Of a stretch of 41,535 nt of DNA, positions 27,957-36,692 are shown piece after piece (the first letter of the stretch is position 1; every line of letters starts with the position of its first letter). Under the pieces are notes generated by a model. The model worked only from the letters and a program-made list of their open reading frames with translations, was not told where the DNA came from and did no database searches. Origin of the DNA: Fidelibacterota bacterium (GTDB taxonomy: Bacteria; Fidelibacterota; Marinisomatia; Marinisomatales; Marinisomataceae); NCBI GenBank assembly GCA_014240005.1, contig JAAZXT010000013.1, positions 1 to 41,535 of the forward strand, written 5' to 3'. The translations under genes and the position numbers were made by a program.

Positions 27957-28270
27957 TAAAATCCTGGAAGATTATCCATTAAACCACCTGTAACAGATTT
28001 TAGTCTTTTTGCAGACGTATCTTTCGCTTTTTCTAAAGCATCATTTACGGCAACTTTAATTGCATTTTCAATAATATATGCATCGCTACTCAACAATGTT
28101 TCTTCAATGGTAACTTTTGTAGTTTTCATATCAGCTGTCATAGTAACAACACATGAGTTATTTGAAGAAGATCCCTCAACTTCAACTTTCTCCAATTCTT
28201 TTTTAATTTTGGTCATTTCAGATTTCATATTCTGTGCTTGCTTCATCATTTCTTTCATATTCCCAAACAT
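27956..28270 (-). CDS. ybaB: YbaB/EbfC-family nucleoid-associated protein
   Basis: 104 aa. MMKQAQNMKSEM.K...EL and conserved position between dnaX and recR. TAATG overlaps on both sides. Confidence 0.85.
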   Translation of the reverse strand: MFGNMKEMMKQAQNMKSEMTKIKKELEKVEVEGSSSNNSCVVTMTADMKTTKVTIEETLLSSDAYIIENAIKVAVNDALEKAKDTSAKRLKSVTGGLMDNLPGF

Positions 28271-29850
28271 TATGCAAGATCCTTTCCGTCAAATAATTCG
28301 ACAATATCATTTTGATTAATTTCTTCCTTTACTTCTTCAATTTTTTCTACATCTGTATCAACAACAATTTTTATCTTTAATGAAGAGCTTAGAGCTGAAT
28401 TTATTGTAGATGCAACAAAAGGATCCTGCAGTAATTTCTGGCTAAATTCATTACTATCATAAGATATTAATTCTAAGGTATTCCCTTTTAAGTCTCCGAC
28501 AATACATGATTCTAATAACACTCCAATAGATCCTCTTTCTTTAGAGATTTTTTTTACAATCTTATCCCAAGAATCTTTTACATCTTCTATGGATAATTTA
28601 GATGGTTTACTCTTTATTTTTTTTTCTTCTTTCTCTTCCGATTTATCAACTTGTACTTTAGGTGCTGATTTTACGGTAGGAATAGATTTTTTAACTGGTT
28701 TTTCAACTGGAACACTTTCGATTGTGTTTGAATTTAAAAAACTCTCAATATCTATACTTTTGTCAAATTGTAACAATTTGATTAATGTCATTTCAAAAAT
28801 TAAATATTGATCTGAAAATTGTTTAATTGATGAATACAACTCTGATATATTTGTCGACAATCTCACTAAATCTTTTAATGTCCAATCATAACTAACGCTC
28901 TTATATACTTTTGCTATTTCAGGTGATATACCAGCTAAGCCTAACCCATTATTGTAATGCAAAAGTGATAGATTGCGAAAATGACTTATTAACCCTTTTA
29001 GAAGGTCTTCAATTATATATCCTTTATCTCTAATTTTTTGTATCACAGATATAAGACTATCTCCGTCTTTGTCATGAAGAGCGTCTGTGATATTAAAATA
29101 AATTTCTGTAGGAACGATACCAAGCAAATCAATGACTATCTTATTAGTAATTTTTTTATCACTAAACACTAGTACTTGATCTAAAAAACCTAAAGCATCT
29201 CTCATACTACCTTCAGATTTACTAGCAATTAAATCCAAAGATGTATCATCAATTTTCACTGACTCTACTTTTAATATGTGCTTTAACCTATCTTTGATAA
29301 TGGTATTCGTCATAGGTAAAAAATCAAAACGTTGGCATCGAGAAATAATTGTCTGTGGAACCTTATGAATATCTGTGGTAGCCATAATAAACTTCACATG
29401 CGTAGGTGGTTCTTCGAGAGTTTTAAGCAATGCATTAAATGCTTGGACTGTCAACATATGAACCTCATCAATAATAACTACCTTAAACTTACCCGATAAG
29501 GGCATAAACTTGATATTTTCTCTTAATTCACGTATTTCATCAATACCTCTATTTGACGCACCATCAATCTCAATAACATCCATTGACCTACCTTCTATAA
29601 TTTCTTTTACTGTATCTGATTCGGCATCATAGTCTATGGAAGGAGTATCCGAACCATTTAAAGACATGGCTAACAACCGAGCTGTTGTTGTTTTACCGAC
29701 CCCTCTAGGACCGGCGAATAAAAAAGCTTGAGCAATACGATTCTTTTCGAATGCTTTTTGTAAAGTTTCGGTGATATGGTCTTGACCCACAACATCCTTA
29801 AAATGTTTTGGTCTCCATTTTAGTGCTAAAATTTGGTAATTTTTACTCAA
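28270..29850 (-). CDS. dnaX: DNA polymerase III subunit tau (gamma possibly made via the A9 run) (TTG start)
   Basis: YQILALKWRPKHF, GPRGVGKTT, IIDEVHML, SRCQRF. I start it at TTG 29850 (MSKNYQ...), which has AAGGA 5 nt upstream. The ORF-track start (TTG 29880) has no SD. Confidence 0.9.
   Translation of the reverse strand: MSKNYQILALKWRPKHFKDVVGQDHITETLQKAFEKNRIAQAFLFAGPRGVGKTTTARLLAMSLNGSDTPSIDYDAESDTVKEIIEGRSMDVIEIDGASNRGIDEIRELRENIKFMPLSGKFKVVIIDEVHMLTVQAFNALLKTLEEPPTHVKFIMATTDIHKVPQTIISRCQRFDFLPMTNTIIKDRLKHILKVESVKIDDTSLDLIASKSEGSMRDALGFLDQVLVFSDKKITNKIVIDLLGIVPTEIYFNITDALHDKDGDSLISVIQKIRDKGYIIEDLLKGLISHFRNLSLLHYNNGLGLAGISPEIAKVYKSVSYDWTLKDLVRLSTNISELYSSIKQFSDQYLIFEMTLIKLLQFDKSIDIESFLNSNTIESVPVEKPVKKSIPTVKSAPKVQVDKSEEKEEKKIKSKPSKLSIEDVKDSWDKIVKKISKERGSIGVLLESCIVGDLKGNTLELISYDSNEFSQKLLQDPFVASTINSALSSSLKIKIVVDTDVEKIEEVKEEINQNDIVELFDGKDLA
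28617..28625 (-). other. A9 homopolymer (coding strand) in the dnaX linker; candidate slippage or frameshift site
   Basis: Coding strand is GAA GAA AAA AAA ATA AAG AGT AAA. The +1 frame hits TAA immediately (28616..28614). The -1 frame reads AAT AAA GAG TAA (stop 28609..28607). Confidence 0.35.
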
Positions 29851-29924
29851 TTGAATCCTTTGCTTTGGACAATTTAACAAAAGTTTTAAATTTTATAATG
29901 ATAAATAATGAAAGGTTGTAAATA

Positions 29925-30383
29925 ATGTTTATAATTCCAACAGAACAAACAATTGAATATGCCAAGAAAAATCATGATGATGGTAAACCTCTCGTCCAAA
30001 TAAATCTCTTTTCATACAATAAAAATGCTAAATATAAAGATAGTACATTAAACACTATATCTGGAAGAGATGCCTATAAGAAATATTCTGATATTGCCAC
30101 TAAAGCAGTTATGAAAGTTGGTGGAAAGGTATTATGGTGGTCAAGAATAAGACTAACAATGATTGGTCCAGATAAAGATAAATGGGATGAAGTTGGAGTA
30201 GTGTGGTATCCTAATATGAAAAAATTTCTTGAAATGACTGAAATTGATTGGTATAAAACTTCTTTTATTCATAGAGAAGCTGCATTAGCAGATACAAGAT
30301 TAATTACTTGTTATGATATGTCACAATCTATGAAAATGAAGCTACGTTTAGCTTCTTGGTTTGGAAGATTTTTTTTCAAATAA
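29925..30383 (+). CDS. DUF1330-like small protein
   Basis: 152 aa. GGKVLWW...GP....WDEVGVVWYPNMKKFLEM......Y....REAAL.DTRLI resembles the DUF1330 core. Weak call from memory. Confidence 0.45.
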   Translation: MFIIPTEQTIEYAKKNHDDGKPLVQINLFSYNKNAKYKDSTLNTISGRDAYKKYSDIATKAVMKVGGKVLWWSRIRLTMIGPDKDKWDEVGVVWYPNMKKFLEMTEIDWYKTSFIHREAALADTRLITCYDMSQSMKMKLRLASWFGRFFFK

Positions 30384-30414
30384 AAAAGCATAAAATCAAA
30401 TTCTATGCTTTTTT
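30382..30414. terminator. Bidirectional rho-independent terminator
   Basis: AAAAAAGCATA ... TATGCTTTTTT hairpin with A- and T-tracts, between the converging DUF1330-like and cupin genes. Confidence 0.7.
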
Positions 30415-30441
30415 ATTCAATTATTAATAATTAAAGATTAG

Positions 30442-30801
30442 TTATTTTGCATACGTCTCAGCTGTTTCTGATGAAAATTCAAAACATTCTACCTCTTCAT
30501 CTCCATTAACTTGAGCTGTATGACCTGGTAAAACTTCATATGCATCACCAGGACCAAATGTCTCTTCTGATCCATCGTCACCAAAAATTGTTAAATCACC
30601 TTTGGTAACAACTCCTAAATGATGCGCTTGACATGTTTCAGTACCTGCAATTGGACTTACACATTCTGTCCATGTCCAACCAGGCTGTGAAGTTAGTCTA
30701 GCAACTTTTCCTGATGGAAATTCTAGAAACTCAACTTTCATTTTATCTGGTTCTCGCAATTCGTCAGGATTGCTAAAGTTCTTTTTTATTACATTTGCCA
30801 T
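30442..30801 (-). CDS. Cupin-domain protein
   Basis: 119 aa, small beta-barrel-like (HHLGVVTKGDLTIFGDDG...GPGDAYEVLPGH). Function unknown. Confidence 0.55.
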   Translation of the reverse strand: MANVIKKNFSNPDELREPDKMKVEFLEFPSGKVARLTSQPGWTWTECVSPIAGTETCQAHHLGVVTKGDLTIFGDDGSEETFGPGDAYEVLPGHTAQVNGDEEVECFEFSSETAETYAK

Positions 30802-30813
30802 ATTAATTCCTCT

Positions 30814-32295
30814 CTATTCATTTTCTTTATCTAATTGAGATTTTAAACTGTCAGCTTTAGCAATACTTGCTTTAAGTCCCATTTTAGCTGATTGTTCAAA
30901 ATATTTTAATGCATCAGCATTATTACTAATTGCTAAATAATAATCTCCCATTGAATCATATGGATTTGCTGATCCAGAAGCTCTTCTAACTTGCTCTTGT
31001 AACATTTTACCTGCGTTATCTAAGTCACCTTTTTCCATGTATGCATATCCCATCATATTTAATACTGGAGTAAAGTTAGGGTTCATTGCATATAAAGCTT
31101 TTGCTCTATCAAGAACCACATCTGCTCCCCTATCTGAGATTGTAGCAAACACTGTTTCAAATGCTAGGAAAGAATCGTCTGAATATTTATCAGCTAATCT
31201 CTCGCTTAATGCGTTAAAAGTGCTAGTTCCATTGGTCATATCGTTAGCTACGGCATTAATCATTGAAGCTTCATCTTCTGATGCATTTAAAGACATGCTA
31301 ACCGCGATATCTAGGTCATCTGCAATATCACCTTGATTACCTAAGAAACCGCTTGTTCTAGCTCGCATTGCATATGCAAGTGCAAAAGTAGGATCTTGTT
31401 CAATTGCATATGAAAATGACTTATATGCATTTTCCCATTCAAGATTGTAAAGTTGCCATCTTGCCCTATCAAATCCATTGCTCGCATCTTGGCTTTCTGT
31501 GCTCACGCGCATAACCTTAGCTTCATCATGAGATAGTTTTGCTTGATACTGAGCTAAAGCAGTATTTCTTGGACCCCATGAAAAATTTGGATCCATTTCT
31601 GTTGCTTCCATATAGTACCTTACAGCTAAATCATAGTCTCCTTTATTTAAATAGAATTCTGCAAGAGAATCCAATGCATTGGCCTGTTTTGGATCTAATT
31701 CCATATACTTTTCAATATATGGTAATGCCATATCATATTCTTCTGAATCAGGATCAATATTCCACATATAAGAATAAGCTAATAAGTTATACAAATGTCC
31801 TCTGTTCAATCTGTCAGCTGCTGCTAATAGCATTTCTCTTGCTTCTTCTATCTTATCCTCGGCTTGAAGACTTCTGTAGGCACCAGCAGCTAAAAATCTA
31901 TCATTTGGATACTTCGCATATAAGTCAGCATATCCTGCAAATCGATTACCTTCACCATTTATCCAATCTACTGCTGCTTGAGCAAGTGTAGTTTCTGGAT
32001 GTCCAGGTTTTGATAATTCTAAAGCAGTCTCAAATAATTCTCTTTTTAATACCCTGTCTTGTTCTACATGCGCCTTATTTAAATAACATGTTACACAATT
32101 AGGATCCTTATCAATTCCTTTATCAAATTCAGCTCTTGCTACATCAAACATAACATGATGCCCTGCATCTAATCCAGCGGCAGCTTCTTTTGAAGCATCT
32201 CCAGTTTGTCTAGGCATTTCACCATCAGAGCTTCCACAACTAATAAATAATATTGCTGTAAAAATAGCTGAAAGCATTAAAGTGTATTTTTTCAT
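30814..32295 (-). CDS. TPR-repeat lipoprotein
   Basis: 493 aa. Lipobox ILFISCGS. Repeated A..Y/L..G.Y..A...Y..A...DP 34-residue periodicity. Confidence 0.7.
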   Translation of the reverse strand: MKKYTLMLSAIFTAILFISCGSSDGEMPRQTGDASKEAAAGLDAGHHVMFDVARAEFDKGIDKDPNCVTCYLNKAHVEQDRVLKRELFETALELSKPGHPETTLAQAAVDWINGEGNRFAGYADLYAKYPNDRFLAAGAYRSLQAEDKIEEAREMLLAAADRLNRGHLYNLLAYSYMWNIDPDSEEYDMALPYIEKYMELDPKQANALDSLAEFYLNKGDYDLAVRYYMEATEMDPNFSWGPRNTALAQYQAKLSHDEAKVMRVSTESQDASNGFDRARWQLYNLEWENAYKSFSYAIEQDPTFALAYAMRARTSGFLGNQGDIADDLDIAVSMSLNASEDEASMINAVANDMTNGTSTFNALSERLADKYSDDSFLAFETVFATISDRGADVVLDRAKALYAMNPNFTPVLNMMGYAYMEKGDLDNAGKMLQEQVRRASGSANPYDSMGDYYLAISNNADALKYFEQSAKMGLKASIAKADSLKSQLDKENE

Positions 32296-32321
32296 TTTTA
32301 TTTCCTTTATCTGTTAATTTA

Positions 32322-33086
32322 TTATCTGGTAAATACAAACATTGATTCGTCAGATAGTTGTGAATCAAAATTATAATCTTCATAGTTAAAATCTTTGATA
32401 TCGTTATTAGTATCAATCTCATTCTTCATAATATATTGGGTCATCAACCCTCTCGCCTTCTTAGCATTAAATGAGATAAATTTTAATTCATCATTACGAT
32501 ATTCTTTAAATACAATAGACAAAATCTTACCCTCAAAATCTTTTAAATCGATAGCTGAAAAATATTCTACTGATGCACAGTTTACTATCGTAGGATTTTT
32601 ATGTTCTTTTAAGGTGTTATTTAGATTTTCTGTTAAATCTTTCTTCCAAAATTCATATAAGTTTTTCCCTCTATTATTTTTAAAAGATACACCCATTTCT
32701 AACCTATAAGGCTGAATAAGATCTAAAGGTTTTAAAATTCCATATAATCCTGACAAAATCCTTAAATGATTTTGAGCAAAATCAAAATCTTTCTCCTTAA
32801 AATCTTCTGCTTTTAACCCTAAATACACCCCTCCATCAAAAGCTAATATAGCTTGCTTTGCATTTGACGGACTAAAAGGTAAAGACCATCTATCAAATCT
32901 TTCTCGATTTAATTTTGCGAGATTGTCACTGATATCCATCAAATCTTTTAAGTCGTTTTCTGTCAGATTTTTAGCTTCATTTGCTAATAATTCAGCGCTT
33001 TGAATAAAATCACATTCAGTATGACTATGAACAATATTTTGCTCATTAAAATTTAGTTTCTTTGATGGAGATAGTAGTGTAATCAT
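32322..33086 (-). CDS. yaaA: YaaA-family (UPF0246/DUF328) peroxide stress protein
   Basis: 254 aa. MITLLSPSKKLNF..., AILAFDGGVYLGL, ILSGLYGILKPLDLIQPYRLEM. Confidence 0.85.
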   Translation of the reverse strand: MITLLSPSKKLNFNEQNIVHSHTECDFIQSAELLANEAKNLTENDLKDLMDISDNLAKLNRERFDRWSLPFSPSNAKQAILAFDGGVYLGLKAEDFKEKDFDFAQNHLRILSGLYGILKPLDLIQPYRLEMGVSFKNNRGKNLYEFWKKDLTENLNNTLKEHKNPTIVNCASVEYFSAIDLKDFEGKILSIVFKEYRNDELKFISFNAKKARGLMTQYIMKNEIDTNNDIKDFNYEDYNFDSQLSDESMFVFTR

Positions 33087-33523
33087 TGTATTTCTCTTAA
33101 ATTATTCTTAATAAGATTCCCTACAGGAATTGATTTTTGCTCTACAAAGTTAAACATTACAAATGTATGGATACTTTGAAATGCGGGTTTATCATCTCCT
33201 TCTAGAAAAATACCTTGATGAACATCATAACTCTTAGACCCTACCCTAGTAATACGATACCCTATAGCAAGTTCCGCAGGATGGTGAGCTTGCTTTATGT
33301 ACATAACTTTCATTGAAGCCAACAAACCTGCTTCTGTACTTTGCAAACCAAACTTATGCTCATTACTACCATGGAGATGATCCATAAATTCTTTATGCTT
33401 TGTCTCTAACAAACCTAAATATACTGTATGGTTAATATGTCCTAGCGTATCCATATCTCTCCATCTAGTTGATGCAGTACAAAAAAAATCATACTCTGAA
33501 CGCATAAGAATTCTTTGTTTCAT
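33083..33523 (-). CDS. Hotdog-fold acyl-CoA thioesterase (4HBT/YbgC-like)
   Basis: 146 aa. TRWRDMDTLGHINHTVYLGLLE motif. ATGA and TAATG overlaps with neighbours. Confidence 0.7.
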   Translation of the reverse strand: MKQRILMRSEYDFFCTASTRWRDMDTLGHINHTVYLGLLETKHKEFMDHLHGSNEHKFGLQSTEAGLLASMKVMYIKQAHHPAELAIGYRITRVGSKSYDVHQGIFLEGDDKPAFQSIHTFVMFNFVEQKSIPVGNLIKNNLREIQ

Positions 33524-34362
33524 TATGATAGTTTCTCCTTATAAGATTCACATAAATTCCACACTTGATTCCACTGCTCTTTATCATAAGATGCTTTTGA
33601 TGATTTTATTTGCCTGCATTTAAAAAAGTATTTTCCAGAAACATCGTTCACTTCATCTGAAGTGCTAAGATAAATACTTGAGTCTGCTCCATTTTCTACA
33701 GTTCTTGCAAAAAGTTTCGATCCAAATTTAACAATACTCTTAATTACAGATCCTTCATTTCCTCCTATATTTGTATCAACAAACCCTGGATGTAATGTAT
33801 TCACTGTAACTTTATCCTGCATTTCTGCTAACCTATATGTAAACATTATGTTCATTAATTTTGAAACACAGTATGCCTTCCAAGCTGAATAGCCTTTTTC
33901 AGCATTAATATTATCAAAATCAATAGTGGTACCAATATGAGCATTGGATGCAACATTAACTACTCTAGAGCCTTCAGATGCTGACAACATATCCATGAGG
34001 TTGGTTGTAAGCGTAAAATAATTCATCTGATTCGTTGCAAATGTTTTTTCAAGTCCTTCTGAGGTAATAACCTTATTCTTGCTTGCTCCTCCAGCATTAT
34101 TTAGCAACACATTGAGTTTGGAATATTTACTTTTAATTTCGTGAGAAAGCTTATGAATTTCAGATACCAAACTTAAGTCTGCTTGAAAGAAATCAAGCTT
34201 ATCATTTCGAGTTAAACTTGCAATACGTTCAATTGCTTTTGCACCTTTTTCTGGATTTCTACCAACTAAACCTACGCGGTTTCCAAGGGCAGCTATCTTA
34301 GTGGCTGCTTCTAAACCTATCCCATCGGTTGCCCCTGTTACTATAATTGTTTTATTAATCAT
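33523..34362 (-). CDS. Short-chain dehydrogenase/reductase (SDR)
   Basis: 279 aa. TGATDGIG, NNAG, catalytic YCVSK. Confidence 0.85.
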   Translation of the reverse strand: MINKTIIVTGATDGIGLEAATKIAALGNRVGLVGRNPEKGAKAIERIASLTRNDKLDFFQADLSLVSEIHKLSHEIKSKYSKLNVLLNNAGGASKNKVITSEGLEKTFATNQMNYFTLTTNLMDMLSASEGSRVVNVASNAHIGTTIDFDNINAEKGYSAWKAYCVSKLMNIMFTYRLAEMQDKVTVNTLHPGFVDTNIGGNEGSVIKSIVKFGSKLFARTVENGADSSIYLSTSDEVNDVSGKYFFKCRQIKSSKASYDKEQWNQVWNLCESYKEKLS

Positions 34363-34406
34363 AAACGCTCTTTGAACGAATCAATATTACCTATAAATTA
34401 TTATCG

Positions 34407-35165
34407 ATGTTACAAATTTATCAAACAGGAATAGAGTATTGGTTTTTATTAGGATCTATAACCTTCCTTGTTTTATTAAAGATACCTGCACCATACGGTA
34501 AATTTTCTAAATCAAATTGGGGTTCTTGGTTCTTTATTATGATTCCCAGTCAATTAGGATGGGTGATTATGGAAATCATGTCACCGATTATGATTGGTTA
34601 CTTTTTCTTAACCGGACCTATAGAAAAAAGTCTGACCTCCTATATATTTCTTATACTATGGCTAGGTCATTATTTTAATCGTAGTATTATCTATCCCATT
34701 AGACAGAAGAATCCATCTAAAATGCCACTTTTAATTATCTTCTTAGCCCTTATGTTCAATACCGTGAATGGCTTTATCAATGGATACTATCTAGGCTTTA
34801 TACAAGCATATCCATTAGAATATGTATATGAATGGAATTTTATATTAGGCATTATACTATTTCTTGTAGGAGCTACTATTAATATTAAATCGGATAATAT
34901 TTTATTACGCCTAAGATCTAATAAAAAAGGCTATCATATCCCTCATGGTTTTATGTATAAATATGTCTCATATCCAAATTATCTAGGAGAAATTATAGAA
35001 TGGTTAGCATTTGCTTTAATGACATGGTCTTTAGCTGGTTTATCTTTTGCAGTATGGACTATAGCAAATCTTATTCCAAGAGCTATAGCTGGTCATAAGT
35101 GGTATAATAAAACATTTGAGAATTATCCGAAGAATAGAAAAGCTATTTTACCGCATTTACTTTAA
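34407..35165 (+). CDS. 3-oxo-5-alpha-steroid 4-dehydrogenase-family membrane reductase (DUF1295-like)
   Basis: 252 aa, polytopic. C-terminal YVSYPNYLGEIIEWLAFAL...HKWYNKTFENYPKNRKAILP signature. Confidence 0.75.
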   Translation: MLQIYQTGIEYWFLLGSITFLVLLKIPAPYGKFSKSNWGSWFFIMIPSQLGWVIMEIMSPIMIGYFFLTGPIEKSLTSYIFLILWLGHYFNRSIIYPIRQKNPSKMPLLIIFLALMFNTVNGFINGYYLGFIQAYPLEYVYEWNFILGIILFLVGATINIKSDNILLRLRSNKKGYHIPHGFMYKYVSYPNYLGEIIEWLAFALMTWSLAGLSFAVWTIANLIPRAIAGHKWYNKTFENYPKNRKAILPHLL

Positions 35166-35173
35166 TTAAAATT

Positions 35174-35656
35174 CTAAATCTTTTTTCTCTTCTTAAAAAA
35201 ATAATCTTGAATCAAAACAAGCGAATCTCCACCTAAAACATTTCCTCTGACAACGCTAGGTGTTTTAAAGGTAGGATTTCCACAAATATCTAACTTAGAA
35301 CCACATGCACCAAAATCTTCATCATAACACCCAAAATACAGAGCGTCAATACGGCTATTTATAATGGCTCCAGCGCACATAGAACATGGCTCTTTTGTCA
35401 CATAAAGACTGCAATCAGTTAATCGCCAATCTCCTATCGTATTAGATGCTGCGGTAATGGCTAACATTTCTGCATGCGCAGTAGAGTCATTTAAAGATTC
35501 GCATTGATTATAGCCTTGGCCTATGATTTTATTTTTATAAACAATAATAGCGCCGATTGGCACTTCATCTTCTCGCATTCCTTTCGATGCGATACTTAAA
35601 GCACGACGCATCCAATCTTCATGAGAAACAGCTCCTAATTGATTTTCAATAGACAT
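35174..35656 (-). CDS. tadA: tRNA adenosine(34) deaminase
   Basis: HAEMLAI and PCSMCAGA zinc motifs. SHEDWMRRALSIA aligns with the E. coli TadA N-terminus (SHEYWMRHALTLA). Start set at ATG 35656 because the ORF-track extension (to 35686) runs into the tRNA-Arg gene. Met16 (35611) is a less likely alternative. Confidence 0.85.
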   Translation of the reverse strand: MSIENQLGAVSHEDWMRRALSIASKGMREDEVPIGAIIVYKNKIIGQGYNQCESLNDSTAHAEMLAITAASNTIGDWRLTDCSLYVTKEPCSMCAGAIINSRIDALYFGCYDEDFGACGSKLDICGNPTFKTPSVVRGNVLGGDSLVLIQDYFFKKRKKI

Positions 35657-35659
35657 GTG

Positions 35660-35733
35660 TACGCCCGGAAGGACTTGAACCCACAACCTTCTGGTCCGTA
35701 GCCAGACGCTCTATCCAATTGAGCTACGGGCGC
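35660..35733 (-). tRNA. tRNA-Arg (anticodon ACG), no encoded CCA
   Basis: Reverse complement is GCGCCCGTAGCTCAATTGGATAGAGCGTCTGGCTACGGACCAGAAGGTTGTGGGTTCAAGTCCTTCCGGGCGTA. Acceptor, D (GCTC/GAGC) and anticodon stem (TCTGG/CCAGA, loop CTACGGA) fold cleanly. The T stem has one U:U mismatch in my hand fold. Confidence 0.85.
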
Positions 35734-35757
35734 ATATGTAAATAAGACCGAAACTTA

Positions 35758-36642
35758 TTAATCAAAACTAAGAGCTTCAACCTGGAAGATTTTTTTCTCA
35801 TTAGGTCCGCTATTATCAAATTGAACAAAAGCAACAAGAGTTAAATCTTCTGTGCTCCAAGAAACGTTTGAATTGTTTGGCCAATTACTATCTAATGTCC
35901 AATCATAACTTTTTGTATAAGTCTCGCCTGCGCCCAAGTTTAATGGCTCCCCATAAGATACTGAACCAGAAGAATTATCAAATGTTAAGAAATTGATAAA
36001 TGTCTGATCAAATACTGTTTGCCCGTTTGGTGCTTGATACTGTGAATTATCATGAGTTACTGTGAGATACAATCTAAATCCAAGATTATTTACATCCCCA
36101 GCTGAAGTAACCGTAACATTTCCACTAATATTATAACCATCTCTTGTTCCAGTTATTTGAACATTAAAAGGTGTTACGTTGTCAACCGTTGCTCTTGCAT
36201 GTGTTCTCCATGTAGCTGCAGTACTACCAGAATCAGTCCATCCTTGTGTATACATATGAGGCACATAACCTACATCGTAGTAGTCTTCACGATTAATGAC
36301 TGGACTAGGATTAAAATCATAATAAGGATCGCCAGAAGCAGGCCACCATACATGATATCGTAATATAATCCAATCATCTGCTAAATCTTCTGCATAAACT
36401 GAAGATGTGGGATCTAAATATTCGTTCAATTTTGTATTCTGTGGCAAACAAGGTCCGCATGTTGTTGATGTAAAGAGCTCCATTAAGATTTTTGATTTAA
36501 CATTCACTGCGCTACCATCGTTACCGCCAGTCTCTGAAGTAGTATCAGTAGAAGCATTAACACTGCTTCCTCCATTAGAGCATGATAAAACAAACATAGA
36601 ACTCATTATGCTTATCATTAAAAGTTTTTTATAATTTTTCAT
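35758..36642 (-). CDS. Thioredoxin-fold lipoprotein with CxxC (Omp28-like?)
   Basis: 294 aa. Lipobox FVLSCS. S/T/G linker. ELFTSTTCGPCLP redox motif, then a beta-rich C-terminal half. The Omp28-like label is from memory and uncertain. Confidence 0.55.
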   Translation of the reverse strand: MKNYKKLLMISIMSSMFVLSCSNGGSSVNASTDTTSETGGNDGSAVNVKSKILMELFTSTTCGPCLPQNTKLNEYLDPTSSVYAEDLADDWIILRYHVWWPASGDPYYDFNPSPVINREDYYDVGYVPHMYTQGWTDSGSTAATWRTHARATVDNVTPFNVQITGTRDGYNISGNVTVTSAGDVNNLGFRLYLTVTHDNSQYQAPNGQTVFDQTFINFLTFDNSSGSVSYGEPLNLGAGETYTKSYDWTLDSNWPNNSNVSWSTEDLTLVAFVQFDNSGPNEKKIFQVEALSFD

Positions 36643-36692
36643 TTTATTGTTTTCCTCTTCAAAAAAACCTATTTTCTTAAAACTGAGTAAAT

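Noticed and set aside
29851-29924. SRP RNA (ffs) upstream of dnaX, as in Bacillus
   Set aside because: The gap is only 74 nt, AT-rich, with no GGAA/AGCA-type domain IV hairpin. It looks like a simple divergent promoter region.
31539-31991. 150-aa plus-strand ORF inside the TPR lipoprotein gene
   Set aside because: It is antisense to a coherent TPR-repeat gene, is Leu/Tyr/His-rich nonsense, and has no start context.
35657-35686. N-terminal 10-codon extension of tadA in the ORF track (MWVQVLPGVH)
   Set aside because: It overlaps the 3' half of the tRNA-Arg gene. The TadA homology begins at the next Met (35656).
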